Of a stretch of 64,000 bases of DNA, positions 1 through 9,832 are shown piece by piece. Made by a program: the position numbers and the translations under genes. The notes below the pieces were generated by a model. It made no database searches, had not been told where the DNA came from, and saw only the letters and a program-made list of their open reading frames with translations. The stretch lies in the sequence record DRR723986_2444, one strand, 5' to 3'. The stretch's first letter is position 1; each line of letters opens with the position of its first letter.

Positions 1-837
1 GCCAAAGCCCATGGGGACGCCAAAGCGCTGAGCGCTGCCAACGACAATATCGGCACCCTGTTCGCCTGGCGGTGTGAGTAGCATCAGGCTGAGAAGGTCG
101 GCAGCGACCACGCTAAGGCAGTCTTTCTCCTGCGCGAGCTGACAAAGTCCCCGCAGGTCACGAATTTCACCACCTGTCTGTGGGTATTGAACTAGCACGC
201 CGAAACAGGGCTGCGCTTCCAGATCGCTAAAGGCGTCGCCGACGACGACCTCGAGGCCGAGCGCGTCGGCGCGTGTTTTAAGTACCGCGATAGTTTGTGG
301 GTGGCAGTGCTGGTCGACGAAAAATACATCACTTTTGTTTTTCCGCGCAGCGCGTTTGCACATCGCCATGGCTTCCGCGGCAGCGGTAGCTTCGTCCAGC
401 AGCGATGCGTTGGCGAGATCCAGTCCGGTGAGGTCGATCACCATTTGTTGGAAATTCAGCAATGCCTCTAGGCGCCCTTGCGCGATCTCCGGCTGGTAGG
501 GTGTGTACGCGGTGTACCAACCCGGGTTTTCCAGTACGTTGCGCAGAATGACCTTGGGAGTATGGGTGTCGTAGTAACCCATGCCAATATAAGAACGGGC
601 AATGGTGTTTTTGGCGGCAATACTGGCCAACTCATTGAGTGCATCTTGTTCGCTAACCCCGTCGGGTAGCGGCAGTGAGTCACGCAAAATGGAGGCGGGA
701 ACAGTTTCGCTGATTAATGTCTCTAGCGAGCTGCTGCCCAAGCTGTTGAGCATAGCGCGAACTTGCTCTTCGTTGGGGCCGATGTGCCGCTGTTGAAATT
801 CACCTGAGTCACTAAGTTGCTTGAGAGAGTGGGTCAT
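1..837 (-). CDS. gcvP: Glycine dehydrogenase (glycine cleavage P protein), 5' part; runs off the window start
   Basis: Manual translation from ATG at 837 gives [21 protein letters not shown]...[50 protein letters not shown]...[16 protein letters not shown], which are GcvP signature segments. Absent from the ORF track because its stop lies outside the window. Confidence 0.97.
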   Translation of the reverse strand, partial: MTHSLKQLSDSGEFQQRHIGPNEEQVRAMLNSLGSSSLETLISETVPASILRDSLPLPDGVSEQDALNELASIAAKNTIARSYIGMGYYDTHTPKVILRNVLENPGWYTAYTPYQPEIAQGRLEALLNFQQMVIDLTGLDLANASLLDEATAAAEAMAMCKRAARKNKSDVFFVDQHCHPQTIAVLKTRADALGLEVVVGDAFSDLEAQPCFGVLVQYPQTGGEIRDLRGLCQLAQEKDCLSVVAADLLSLMLLTPPGEQGADIVVGSAQRFGVPMGFG

Positions 838-1080
838 TATTGCAAGGCGCCTGCGTTCAAAAAAAGCGCGCTCATTAAAGCATATTGTGGTTGAAATTTC
901 CCCGGCATTATTGCCGCCAGCTGCGATATTTTCCTTGGAGATCGCCGCATTCAGGCGGTTTATTGTGTGGTTTAGCGAATTGTGGAAATTGCGGTCGATA
1001 AGCTAAATAAATTCGTTATAAAATGCGGTAAACATAGCTCGCTCGTTAGGTGTGTGGGCCCTAGTCAATAGGAGAATAGA

Positions 1081-2145
1081 GTGATTCGCAGTGCCACGCT
1101 TGCCATATTGATCGCCGCTGTTTGCAGTGCCTGTGTGATGGCCCCGAACTACCGGGGTGGCCGCACACCCGTCGAGCAAGGTGGCCAGCGTGTTGCCTCT
1201 CTGGAAACCGCGCTGGCGGATGCGTTGATCCAGATTGAAAAGCTCAAGGCACGAGACGGTGGTAGCGTGCTATCGGCAATGCCGCCCGATGCACAGACGG
1301 GCGCTTGTTATGCTCGAATGCTGTTGCCGCCAAAATTTATTGATCGCGAAGCCACTCGGGTGGTGAAGGAGTCCAGTGAGAAACTGGAGATGCAGCCCGC
1401 CAAAACGGAGTGGCGCGAAGAACAGGTTGTGGTGAGCGAGGCCTACACGCAATTAAAGGTGGTTCCTGCGACCTATAAATGGGTTGAAGAAAAGACGCAG
1501 GTGCTTCCCGCCAGGGTTCGCCAAGAATTGGTGTCTGAGGCTGTATACGAGACAGTAACAGAGAAAATTCTGAGCAAGCCGGCAGAGTCGGTGTGGCGCC
1601 CGGGGCGCGGAGCGGTAGAAAAGATTGATGAAGACAGCGGCGAGATTCTCCACTTGGTGGAGGTGCCTGCCAAGTACCGCCGAGTCGAGCGCCAGGTGTT
1701 GAAGCGCCCAGCCGTGTACCGCCGCGTTGTTGAGCCCGCCGTTTTCGAGACGGTAAAAAAGCGGGTAATCGACAAGCCTGAGCACACCATTGAGGTGAAG
1801 GTGCCTGCAACAACCAAAACGGTGCGCGTGCAGCACGTTGTCGAGCCGGCAAAGGTCAAGCGCATTAAGGTACCTGCGGTGTATGAGCGCTACAGCTATC
1901 GTGAAAAAATTGCCGATGAGACCTTGGTGTGGCGGCAAATTCTGTGCAAACGCGACGCAAGTGAAGCCAGAATTCGCGATGTTCAGCGAGCCCTGAACGA
2001 GCGCGGTTTTGATGCGGGCTATGCCGATGGCATTCTCGGTAAACGCACACGTACCGCTATTCACAGTTTTCAGCAGGAGAAGGGGTTGGCGACAGGCCGT
2101 TTGTCAGTCGAGACCCTGGACGCGCTGGATATTGCGGCACCCTAG
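1081..2145 (+). CDS. Putative lipoprotein with internal VPAxY-type repeats and a C-terminal peptidoglycan-binding domain
   Basis: Hydrophobic signal ending ...VCSAC; repeated (V/E)PAxYxxVxxxV motifs; C-terminal VQRALNERGF...ADGILGKRTRTAIHSFQ...GL resembling PG_binding_1; AGGAG upstream. Confidence 0.8.
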   Translation: MIRSATLAILIAAVCSACVMAPNYRGGRTPVEQGGQRVASLETALADALIQIEKLKARDGGSVLSAMPPDAQTGACYARMLLPPKFIDREATRVVKESSEKLEMQPAKTEWREEQVVVSEAYTQLKVVPATYKWVEEKTQVLPARVRQELVSEAVYETVTEKILSKPAESVWRPGRGAVEKIDEDSGEILHLVEVPAKYRRVERQVLKRPAVYRRVVEPAVFETVKKRVIDKPEHTIEVKVPATTKTVRVQHVVEPAKVKRIKVPAVYERYSYREKIADETLVWRQILCKRDASEARIRDVQRALNERGFDAGYADGILGKRTRTAIHSFQQEKGLATGRLSVETLDALDIAAP

Positions 2146-2194
2146 CTAATGCTGTTCCCTTGCCGCCATATGCATTCGACTGCAAAATGCGGCT

Positions 2195-2779
2195 ATGGAG
2201 AACCTTCAACAGTTACTTAATGAAGTAGCGGCATGCCGCCTTTGTGAATCGGCGCTGCCTCTTGGTCCGCGCCCGGTTCTGCGGGTCGCGCCAGAGGCTC
2301 GAATTCTTATTATCGGGCAGGCCCCGGGGTTGAAAGTGCACAATAGCGGGCTGCCTTGGGATGACCCTTCCGGTGACCGTCTTCGCGGCTGGTTAAATAT
2401 CGATCGAGAGCAATTCTATCGCGACGCGCGCCTGGGTATTCTGCCGATGGGCTTTTGTTACCCCGGCAAGGGCAAGAGTGGCGATTTGCCGCCTCGCCCC
2501 GAGTGCGCGCCAACATGGCATGAGCGCCTATTGCAGCAGATGCCGCAAATAGAGGTTGTGCTGCTGATCGGCCAGTATGCTCAGAAACGCTATGCCGGTG
2601 ATGACGAGAAAAACCTCACCGAGCGCGTGCGAAACCAATTGCTAGACGGGCGCTTTATCAGCCTTCCACATCCCTCGCCAAGAAATATCCGTTGGTTTAA
2701 GCAAAATCCTTGGTTTGATGAGCAGCTACTGCCATCGTTTCAGCGCCGAATACACCCCCTGCTAAGCGAGTCGTCGTGA
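2195..2779 (+). CDS. Uracil-DNA glycosylase superfamily protein (family 4-like, probable Fe-S cluster)
   Basis: Motifs ACRLC, IIGQAPG, GFCYPG, PPRPEC and LPHPSPRN. Confidence 0.88.
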   Translation: MENLQQLLNEVAACRLCESALPLGPRPVLRVAPEARILIIGQAPGLKVHNSGLPWDDPSGDRLRGWLNIDREQFYRDARLGILPMGFCYPGKGKSGDLPPRPECAPTWHERLLQQMPQIEVVLLIGQYAQKRYAGDDEKNLTERVRNQLLDGRFISLPHPSPRNIRWFKQNPWFDEQLLPSFQRRIHPLLSESS

Positions 2780-3390
2780 GTGATAAAAAACAGTCAGTGA
2801 TCATTGGGCCCTGGCGGCTGCATCACAGTGAGAATGTCTACGAGAATCCGTGGCTGCGGCTTGAGCATCACGAGGTGACCACGCCGGGAAACACGCCGGG
2901 CATCTACGGGAAAGTTTGCTTTAAGAACCGCGCGGTGGGCGTGATACCGGTAGATGAGCAGGGCTACACCTGGTTGGTGGGTCAATATCGCTACCCGCTG
3001 CAAGCTTACAGTTGGGAGATACCTGAGGGCGGTTGCCCTCTCGGCAGCTCCGCGCCGGAGGCAGCGCTGCGCGAGCTGGCTGAAGAGACCGGCCTGCGTG
3101 CGGCGGCGTTGCACCCATTGATGACGCTGCACACCAGTAATTCCTGCACCGATGAAGTGGCGGAGCTTTATGTTGCGCGGGGCCTAACGCCTGGCGAGAG
3201 CGCGCCGGAGCCCTGCGAGGAGCTTGAAATCCGGCGTCTACCCTTGACCGAGGTAATAGACATGGCGCTTTCCGGTGAGATTACCGATGCTATCAGCGTC
3301 GCTGCGCTGCTAAAACTGCACGCCCTGTTGCTGAAGTATGAGGGCTGTTGGAGGACGTTGCTTGAGCGCCTGCCGCCCAGTGAGATATAA
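2776..3390 (+). CDS. NUDIX hydrolase (ADP-ribose pyrophosphatase-like)
   Basis: Nudix box WEIPEGG...AALRELAEETG and VGQYRYP; GTGA overlap with the upstream gene. Confidence 0.9.
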   Translation: MSDKKQSVIIGPWRLHHSENVYENPWLRLEHHEVTTPGNTPGIYGKVCFKNRAVGVIPVDEQGYTWLVGQYRYPLQAYSWEIPEGGCPLGSSAPEAALRELAEETGLRAAALHPLMTLHTSNSCTDEVAELYVARGLTPGESAPEPCEELEIRRLPLTEVIDMALSGEITDAISVAALLKLHALLLKYEGCWRTLLERLPPSEI

Positions 3391-3458
3391 ACAACGTTGT
3401 CGGTAATAGCCGCCGGCGGCAAGACAGGGCCCTTGATAGGCGCCTAAGAGGAGGTCGT

Positions 3459-4034
3459 ATGAAACAGATAATGCGGTGGAGCAAGGGTGTATTTGCTGCT
3501 TTGGTTGTCATGCTGTCAACGCTGGCGGGTGCCCATGCGGAAGAGTCCACCAAGGGCTTCAGTCGCGAGCAGGTAATGGAAAAAGCCGGGTTATTTTTCG
3601 GCGAAACAACCGAGGGGTTGGCAAAGGCGGTCGAGAAGGTTTTTGCCGAACAAGGTGAGCCCAACGCCATTATTGTTGGCGAAGAGGTCTCCGCAGCACT
3701 GGGGGTTGGTGTGCGCTACGGCCGCGGTGAATTGCAAACCCTCGGTGGGGAGGTGCGCGCGATATTTTGGCAGGGTCCTTCCATCGGATTTGATCTCGGG
3801 GCAAATGCCTCCAAGGTTTTTACGCTGGTTTATCAGCTTGACGACGTCGAGCGTTTGTATCAGCGCTTCCCGGGCGTGGAAGGGAGTATATATGTCGCGG
3901 CCGGTGTCGGGGTGAATTACCAGCGCAGTGGCGACATCGTATTGGCGCCTATCCGCACGGGTGTTGGTCTGCGTAGTGGCGCCAATGTTGGGTATTTGCA
4001 GTACAGCAAAAAAGCCAGCTGGAACCCGTTTTAG
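3459..4034 (+). CDS. DUF1134 / EipA-family exported protein
   Basis: Signal peptide; GVRYGRG, FWQGPSIGFD, LYQRFPGVEGS, PIRTGVGLRSG; C-terminal WNPF. Confidence 0.85.
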   Translation: MKQIMRWSKGVFAALVVMLSTLAGAHAEESTKGFSREQVMEKAGLFFGETTEGLAKAVEKVFAEQGEPNAIIVGEEVSAALGVGVRYGRGELQTLGGEVRAIFWQGPSIGFDLGANASKVFTLVYQLDDVERLYQRFPGVEGSIYVAAGVGVNYQRSGDIVLAPIRTGVGLRSGANVGYLQYSKKASWNPF

Positions 4035-4055
4035 GGGCTCGCGCTAAAGCCCGGT

Positions 4056-5327
4056 TTACGCCGGGCTGGTTTCATCGCTGAGCGCTGCGGTCGTCTTTTC
4101 GGCTTGCGCCAGGTAGCGCTGGTGAAGGCAGTGGCAATAGTCGCAGAGGGCATTGACCACAATTTGGCTTCGCAGCGAGATCACCAAGTCGAAGGCGTGC
4201 TGAGCATCGGGCAGTTCGGCGTAGGCCACGGGGTTTTTCGAGCTGGCCTTCAACTCTGCATAGAGCTCACGCGACTCTTTCACCGGTACAAGTGTGTCCG
4301 CTTCGCCGTGAATAATAAGAAAGGGTGGTGCATCTTCATGTATCCATGACACGGGTGAGGCGCTGCGCCACAGTTCGCCGCCCTCGCTACGCGTCTTCTT
4401 AATCACGCGCTCAGCCAGCCACTGTTCTAAACCTTCGTTGTGCCGCTGTGCCTTGCTGTTCAGAAAATCATAGACCCCGTAAAACGGGATGCAGGCTTGC
4501 ACCTGAGTGTCGCGCTCTTCAAAGCCCGGCTGAAACTCGGCGGCGTTAGCGCTCAGTGCTAACAGACTACTTAAATGACCACCAGCAGAGCCGCCCGTGG
4601 CAACGATAAAGTCGGGATCACCACCGTAATCGGCGATGTGATCTTTGGTCCAGACCAGCGCGCGTTTGCAGTCGATAATATGGTCGGGGAAGGTTGCCGC
4701 CGGACTCAGGCGATATTGAACGGCAACGCAAATCCAGCCGTTTTCGGCGAGCTGTGTCATCAGTGGCAGGGCCTGCTGCTCTTTGCTGCCCAGGTTTTGC
4801 ATCCATGCGCCGCCGTGTATTTGTAGCAGTACCGGTGCATTTTTGGGGCAATCCCGGCGGCGATAGATGTCGACATGAAGCTTGCGGCCATTAACATCGC
4901 AATAGGGAATATCCTTCAAACGCTCGACCCGCGGGTGGCGGAACGCGAAGGGTTTTAGCAAGCGGTCGCTGTCGGGGGTGTAGTGCAAGTTATCGGGAGT
5001 CTGCGGATAATCGTCAGTCTCCAGCGCTTCGCAAACAGCCGCACGCATAATTGCTTCATTATTTCGCGCTCTGAAGTAAAACAAACCCAAGCTAAGCCAG
5101 CTTGCCATGGCGATCAGCAGTCCGAGGCTATCGGCGAGGCCGTCGAGTTCGCCGAATAACACAATCCCTGCCGTAAGCAGCACATTGATGGCTATGATAT
5201 GCAGACCAAGTTCGCCCGCTAACATGCCAAAAATGAAGCTGACGATGCCCATGAGCTCAGGTTTACCTTTCCAGGGGTGGTAGGCGTTCCAGCTAAACCA
5301 TGCCCAGAAGAGTGAAAGTGTCAGCAT
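4056..5327 (-). CDS. Membrane-anchored alpha/beta hydrolase (HSL-family esterase)
   Basis: N-terminal TM helices; HGGAW oxyanion motif, GGSAGG nucleophile elbow, HGEADTLVP, AQHAFD. Confidence 0.88.
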   Translation of the reverse strand: MLTLSLFWAWFSWNAYHPWKGKPELMGIVSFIFGMLAGELGLHIIAINVLLTAGIVLFGELDGLADSLGLLIAMASWLSLGLFYFRARNNEAIMRAAVCEALETDDYPQTPDNLHYTPDSDRLLKPFAFRHPRVERLKDIPYCDVNGRKLHVDIYRRRDCPKNAPVLLQIHGGAWMQNLGSKEQQALPLMTQLAENGWICVAVQYRLSPAATFPDHIIDCKRALVWTKDHIADYGGDPDFIVATGGSAGGHLSSLLALSANAAEFQPGFEERDTQVQACIPFYGVYDFLNSKAQRHNEGLEQWLAERVIKKTRSEGGELWRSASPVSWIHEDAPPFLIIHGEADTLVPVKESRELYAELKASSKNPVAYAELPDAQHAFDLVISLRSQIVVNALCDYCHCLHQRYLAQAEKTTAALSDETSPA

Positions 5328-5357
5328 TGCGAATGTGCCTCGGTTGATGTGTGCGAC

Positions 5358-5867
5358 TCAGCGCGGAGAATGCCCGTATTGAATGGCGGTAATATAATAA
5401 AGCTTTTCGCCGGTTGGCGTTGTGACGGAAATTTCATCATCTACTCGCTTGCCAAGCAAGGCTTTCGCCAGCGGCGAGTCCATGGAAAGTTTGCCACTGC
5501 TGACATCAAACTCATCCGGGCCAACAATACGGTAATGGCTTTCGTGACCGTCTTCATCCTCTACGGACACCCATGCGCCGAAGAAGACCCGTTCTCGGTC
5601 GCTGGGGAATTCGTCGACCACAGTGAGTTCATCGAGCCGTTTGCTGAGAAAGCGCACCCGGCTGTCGATTTCCCGCAACCGCTTTTTGCCGTAGATATAG
5701 TCGCCGTTTTCCGAACGATCGCCATTCTTTGCCGCCTCGTGCACGGTTTGGGTGACTTGTGGGCGCTCCACCTTCCACAGTTGACGCAGCTCTTCACGAA
5801 GGGCGCGCTCGCCCTCGGGGGTGATGTACCGAGAGCCTCGTTGACGGGGCGGACGATAGCGACTCAT
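5358..5867 (-). CDS. greB: Transcription elongation factor GreB
   Basis: YITPEG, LWKVERP, GDRSENGDYIYGKKRLREIDSR, DSPLAKALLGK. Confidence 0.96.
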   Translation of the reverse strand: MSRYRPPRQRGSRYITPEGERALREELRQLWKVERPQVTQTVHEAAKNGDRSENGDYIYGKKRLREIDSRVRFLSKRLDELTVVDEFPSDRERVFFGAWVSVEDEDGHESHYRIVGPDEFDVSSGKLSMDSPLAKALLGKRVDDEISVTTPTGEKLYYITAIQYGHSPR

Positions 5868-5949
5868 TTGTTGTCAAAACCTTAAGCGAGATGCTGAATC
5901 GCTCATAATATCGCGATATGGTGTGAGGCAGGAATTGTTAGGAGGGAAT

Positions 5950-6771
5950 ATGCGCACGTTAATACTCTTCATAGGCGCGCTATTGTCGGTGCAGGCCGGG
6001 GCTGTTGAGCTGCAGGGGCAGTTGATACAGGGCGGGCTTATCCACGGCAAAGTGGCACCTGGCAGCCGAGTGGAGCTCGGAGAGCACTCGGTGAAAGTGG
6101 CCGAAAATGGCGTATTTGTTGCCGGTTTTGATCGCGATGCGCCCGCAGCAATGACGTTCCGCGTGTGCCACAACGGCGACTGTGCCAGCCAGGAACTTGC
6201 GATAGCGCAGCGCGAATACGCCGTGCAGCGGGTAAATGGGGTCCCTCAGAAAACCGTGACACCGCCGGCAGAGGTGCTGGCGCGTATTCGTCAGGAATCC
6301 GCCATGGTGGGTAAGGCGCGCAGGCGCAGTGAAGACCGGCAGGATTTTTTAAATACCTATCAATGGCCGCTAATTGGCCCCATCACTGGTGTTTTCGGGA
6401 GTCAGCGTGTCTATAATGGCACCCCCGGTCGACCACACTATGGTGTGGACGTGGCGAGGCCCGTGGGGACAACCGTTATCGCGCCCAACAGCGGCGTGGT
6501 GACGCTGGTTCACAACGATATGTTTTACTCGGGGGGAACCCTGATCATCGACCACGGCCAGGGAATCTCTTCCACGTTCATCCATCTGAGTAAAATTTTG
6601 GTTGCGCCTGGGCAAGAGGTGGAGACTGGGCAACCCATCGCCGAAGTAGGTGCAACGGGGCGGGCGACAGGGCCGCATCTTGACTGGCGCATGAACTGGC
6701 ATGGTCAGCGTTTAGATCCAGCGCTATTGGTAGGGCCGATGCCCAGTGAGCTGGCGCCCGTCAGTGAATGA
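5950..6771 (+). CDS. M23 family metallopeptidase
   Basis: Signal peptide; HYGVD, IIDHGQG and GRATGPHLDW motifs; GGAGG RBS before ATG 5950. Confidence 0.92.
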   Translation: MRTLILFIGALLSVQAGAVELQGQLIQGGLIHGKVAPGSRVELGEHSVKVAENGVFVAGFDRDAPAAMTFRVCHNGDCASQELAIAQREYAVQRVNGVPQKTVTPPAEVLARIRQESAMVGKARRRSEDRQDFLNTYQWPLIGPITGVFGSQRVYNGTPGRPHYGVDVARPVGTTVIAPNSGVVTLVHNDMFYSGGTLIIDHGQGISSTFIHLSKILVAPGQEVETGQPIAEVGATGRATGPHLDWRMNWHGQRLDPALLVGPMPSELAPVSE

Positions 6772-6816
6772 GCGCACCCCGGGGCTGCGTTGTTGTTTTG
6801 ATCTAGAGTGTTGAGA

Positions 6817-7002
6817 ATGATTGATAAAAAGTTGTTGGAAATCTTGGTTTGCCCGGTGAGCAAAGCGCCTGTCGAGTTCGACGCTGAGCGCAATGAGCTG
6901 GTGTGCCGCGCCAGCGGTTTGGCGTACCCGGTGCGCGACGGTATTCCGGTAATGCTGGAGTCAGAGGCGCGACCACTGACTGCTGATGAAAAACTTGGCT
7001 AA
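6817..7002 (+). CDS. ycaR: Trm112-family protein (YcaR/UPF0434)
   Basis: [16 protein letters not shown]...[13 protein letters not shown]. Confidence 0.92.
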   Translation: MIDKKLLEILVCPVSKAPVEFDAERNELVCRASGLAYPVRDGIPVMLESEARPLTADEKLG

Positions 7003-7126
7003 TTCACCCGTTGTCGCAGGCGTTGGCGCATACATCGCCTGCTGATTTCGCTATACTTTTTCCTTTCCGCCGGAAGCTGTCTTCCGGCGTTTGTCGTTAT
7101 GTAGACCCCAGAGTGAGACCGTGTTC

Positions 7127-9748
7127 ATGAAAAGCGCTGCTATCCGCGATGCCTTTATTCGCTACTTTGAAAGCAAGGGACACACCCCGGTGGCCAGTAG
7201 TTCGCTGGTACCCGGTAATGACCCTACGTTGCTTTTTACGAATGCGGGGATGGTGCAATTTAAAGACGTGTTCCTCGGTCGCGATAAACGCAATTACAGC
7301 CGCGCGGTCAGCAGCCAGCGCTGTGTTCGCGCCGGGGGTAAACACAACGATTTGGAGAATGTTGGCTACACCGCTCGTCACCATACCTTCTTCGAAATGC
7401 TGGGGAATTTTAGCTTTGGCGACTATTTCAAACGCGATGCCATTCTCTTTGCGTGGGAATTCTTAACGTCGAAAGAGTGGTTGAATATCGATAGCTCACG
7501 CCTGTGGGTAACGGTCTATGCCGACGATGATGAAGCCTACAAAATATGGAATGAAGAGGTTGGTGTTCCGGCTGAGCGCATGGTGCGTATCGGCGACAAC
7601 AAGGGCGCCAAATACGCCTCGGATAACTTCTGGTCGATGGGTGACACAGGCCCCTGTGGGCCCTGTACAGAAATTTTTTATGACCACGGTGAGGATGTAG
7701 CCGGTGGTCCTCCGGGGAGCCCGGATGAGGACGGCGACCGCTACATCGAAATCTGGAACAACGTATTCATGCAGTTCAATCGCGATGCCGATGGCACCAT
7801 AACTGAGCTGCCTGCGCCATCGGTAGACACCGGCATGGGGCTGGAGCGCATATCTGCGGTGATGCAGGGTGTTCACAGCAATTACGAGATAGACCTGTTC
7901 GACAACCTCATTGCGGCGACGGCCAGAGTGCTGGGTGTTGATGACCGTCAACACACGTCGTTGCGTGTTATTGCTGACCATATCCGCTCCTGCGCGTTTT
8001 TGATTGCCGATGGTGTGCTGCCATCCAACGAAGGGCGCGGCTATGTGTTGCGCCGGATAATTCGCCGTGCAGTGCGCCACGGCAACAAGCTTGGTGCGAC
8101 CGAGCCCTTCTTTTACAAACTGGTTGATGCCCTGGCTGTTGAAATGGGCAGTGCCTACCCCGAGCTACGTGAATTGCAGGGGGCGATTGAAAAAGCATTG
8201 CTCCAGGAAGAAGAGCAGTTCGCGAAGACGCTGGACCAGGGGATGAAGATTCTCGAGGCAGACCTGAGTGAGCTTAAGGGGCAGCAAATCCCGGGTGAAA
8301 CGGTGTTCCGTTTATACGATACCTATGGTTTCCCCGTGGACCTTACCGCTGATATCGCCCGAGAGAAAGACCTGACGTTGGATATGGACGGGTTTGAGGC
8401 GGCCATGGAGGCGCAGCGCCAGCGTGCTCGCTCAGCATCGAATTTCAAAATGGATGCCGACCTGCGGTTAGACGTGGACGGCGCCACCACCTTCACTGGC
8501 TATCAGTCGCTGAGCGACAACGCCAAGATTATTGCGCTGCTGCGTGATGGTCAGCCCTGTGAACGCGCGGCAGAGGGTGATGATGTTCTGGTGGTGCTGG
8601 ATCGCACGCCTTTCTACGCTGAGTCCGGTGGCCAGGCAGGGGATTGCGGTGTTATTCGCGCGGAAGGCTTACGCATAGAAGTGCGCGATACCCAGAAGGC
8701 TGGTGATCACTTTGTACATATCGGCGTGGTTGCGACGGGAGCAGTTGTTGCCGGCCAAGCTGTAGATGCCGAAGTAGATGCCAGTATTCGCCAATCTACC
8801 GCGCTGAATCACTCGGCAACCCATTTGCTTCACGCCGCATTGCGCAAGGTACTGGGTGAGCACGTAGCGCAAAAGGGCTCGCTGGTAACCGCCGAGCGCC
8901 TGCGTTTTGACTTTGCTCATGGTGAGGCGGTAACTGCGGAACAGTTGCAGAAAATAGAGGCGATGGTGAATGACGAAATTCGCCGAAATACCGCGGTTGA
9001 AACTGTGGAAACCGACATCGACTCTGCCAAAGAGCGGGGCGCGGTGATGTTGTTTGGCGAGAAGTATGGCGATACCGTGCGTGTATTGAGCATGGGCGGC
9101 GACTTCTCTGTTGAGCTGTGTGGCGGCACCCATGTTCGTCGCACCGGCGATATTGGCGTGATGCGTATCGTTGCGGAATCTGGCATTGCTGCCGGTGTGC
9201 GCCGAATTGAGGCGGTAACCGGAGCCGAAGCGCTAAATGAAGCGGGGCGCGATCGCAGCCGTCTGCAGTCTGCTTGTGCGGCATTGAAAAGTACGCCTGA
9301 AAATTTTGATGCCAAACTTGCGCAGCTGCTGAGTAGCCACCGGGAACAGCAAAAAGAACTTGAGCGTCTAAAGGCCAAGCTGGCAACCGCGGGCAGTCGC
9401 GATCTATTGTCGGAGGTGGAAGAGATCAACGGTATTAGCGTCCTCGCGGTTAATATAGAAGGCGCTGATGCGAAGACCTTGCGCGATAGCATGGACCAGC
9501 TGAAGAACAAGTTGGGCTCAGGTGTGGTGCTGCTGGCCAGTGGCGAGGGCGAAAAAGTATCGCTGGTCGCCGGCGTAACGAAAGACCTCACGGGTCGCTG
9601 CAAAGCGGGCGATATTATGAAGCAAGCTGCGGCGGCAGTCGGAGGCAAGGGCGGTGGTCGTCCAGACATGGCGCAGGGTGGCGGCAGCGATGTTACCGCG
9701 ATCCCCGCTGCCTTGCAGACGGTCAAAGATTACGTGAATCACGTATAG
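7127..9748 (+). CDS. alaS: Alanine--tRNA ligase
   Basis: [34 protein letters not shown], editing motifs HSATH and [21 protein letters not shown]. Confidence 0.99.
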   Translation: MKSAAIRDAFIRYFESKGHTPVASSSLVPGNDPTLLFTNAGMVQFKDVFLGRDKRNYSRAVSSQRCVRAGGKHNDLENVGYTARHHTFFEMLGNFSFGDYFKRDAILFAWEFLTSKEWLNIDSSRLWVTVYADDDEAYKIWNEEVGVPAERMVRIGDNKGAKYASDNFWSMGDTGPCGPCTEIFYDHGEDVAGGPPGSPDEDGDRYIEIWNNVFMQFNRDADGTITELPAPSVDTGMGLERISAVMQGVHSNYEIDLFDNLIAATARVLGVDDRQHTSLRVIADHIRSCAFLIADGVLPSNEGRGYVLRRIIRRAVRHGNKLGATEPFFYKLVDALAVEMGSAYPELRELQGAIEKALLQEEEQFAKTLDQGMKILEADLSELKGQQIPGETVFRLYDTYGFPVDLTADIAREKDLTLDMDGFEAAMEAQRQRARSASNFKMDADLRLDVDGATTFTGYQSLSDNAKIIALLRDGQPCERAAEGDDVLVVLDRTPFYAESGGQAGDCGVIRAEGLRIEVRDTQKAGDHFVHIGVVATGAVVAGQAVDAEVDASIRQSTALNHSATHLLHAALRKVLGEHVAQKGSLVTAERLRFDFAHGEAVTAEQLQKIEAMVNDEIRRNTAVETVETDIDSAKERGAVMLFGEKYGDTVRVLSMGGDFSVELCGGTHVRRTGDIGVMRIVAESGIAAGVRRIEAVTGAEALNEAGRDRSRLQSACAALKSTPENFDAKLAQLLSSHREQQKELERLKAKLATAGSRDLLSEVEEINGISVLAVNIEGADAKTLRDSMDQLKNKLGSGVVLLASGEGEKVSLVAGVTKDLTGRCKAGDIMKQAAAAVGGKGGGRPDMAQGGGSDVTAIPAALQTVKDYVNHV

Positions 9749-9788
9749 AGACATAGTTGCCGTTTCCTTTAATCTTGAGTTGGTGTTT

Positions 9789-9820
9789 AATGAGCGCCCT
9801 CCGCTCAGGGCGTTCATTTG
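9789..9820 (+). terminator. Hairpin between alaS and lysC (possible weak terminator or processing site)
   Basis: AATGAGCGCCCT-ccgctc-AGGGCGTTCATT stem with one G-U pair; only a short T run follows. Confidence 0.45.
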
Positions 9821-9832
9821 CAGATAGAAAAC

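Noticed and set aside
468-683. Short ORFs suggesting that gcvP is fragmented
   Set aside because: Manual translation from 837 stays in frame through the GcvP motifs; these ORFs are off-frame shadows.
838-1080. Glycine riboswitch upstream of gcvP
   Set aside because: No recognisable GGAGA...CCGAAG...CTCTCAGG aptamer core on the minus strand.
8917-9726. 269-aa antisense ORF inside alaS (similarly 35271-36125 inside the TonB receptor and 55440-56036 inside gacS)
   Set aside because: Antisense shadow frames expected from codon bias in GC-rich genes; no recognisable motifs.
9749-9832. Lysine riboswitch upstream of lysC
   Set aside because: The intergenic region is only 84 bp with a single hairpin, too short for this aptamer.
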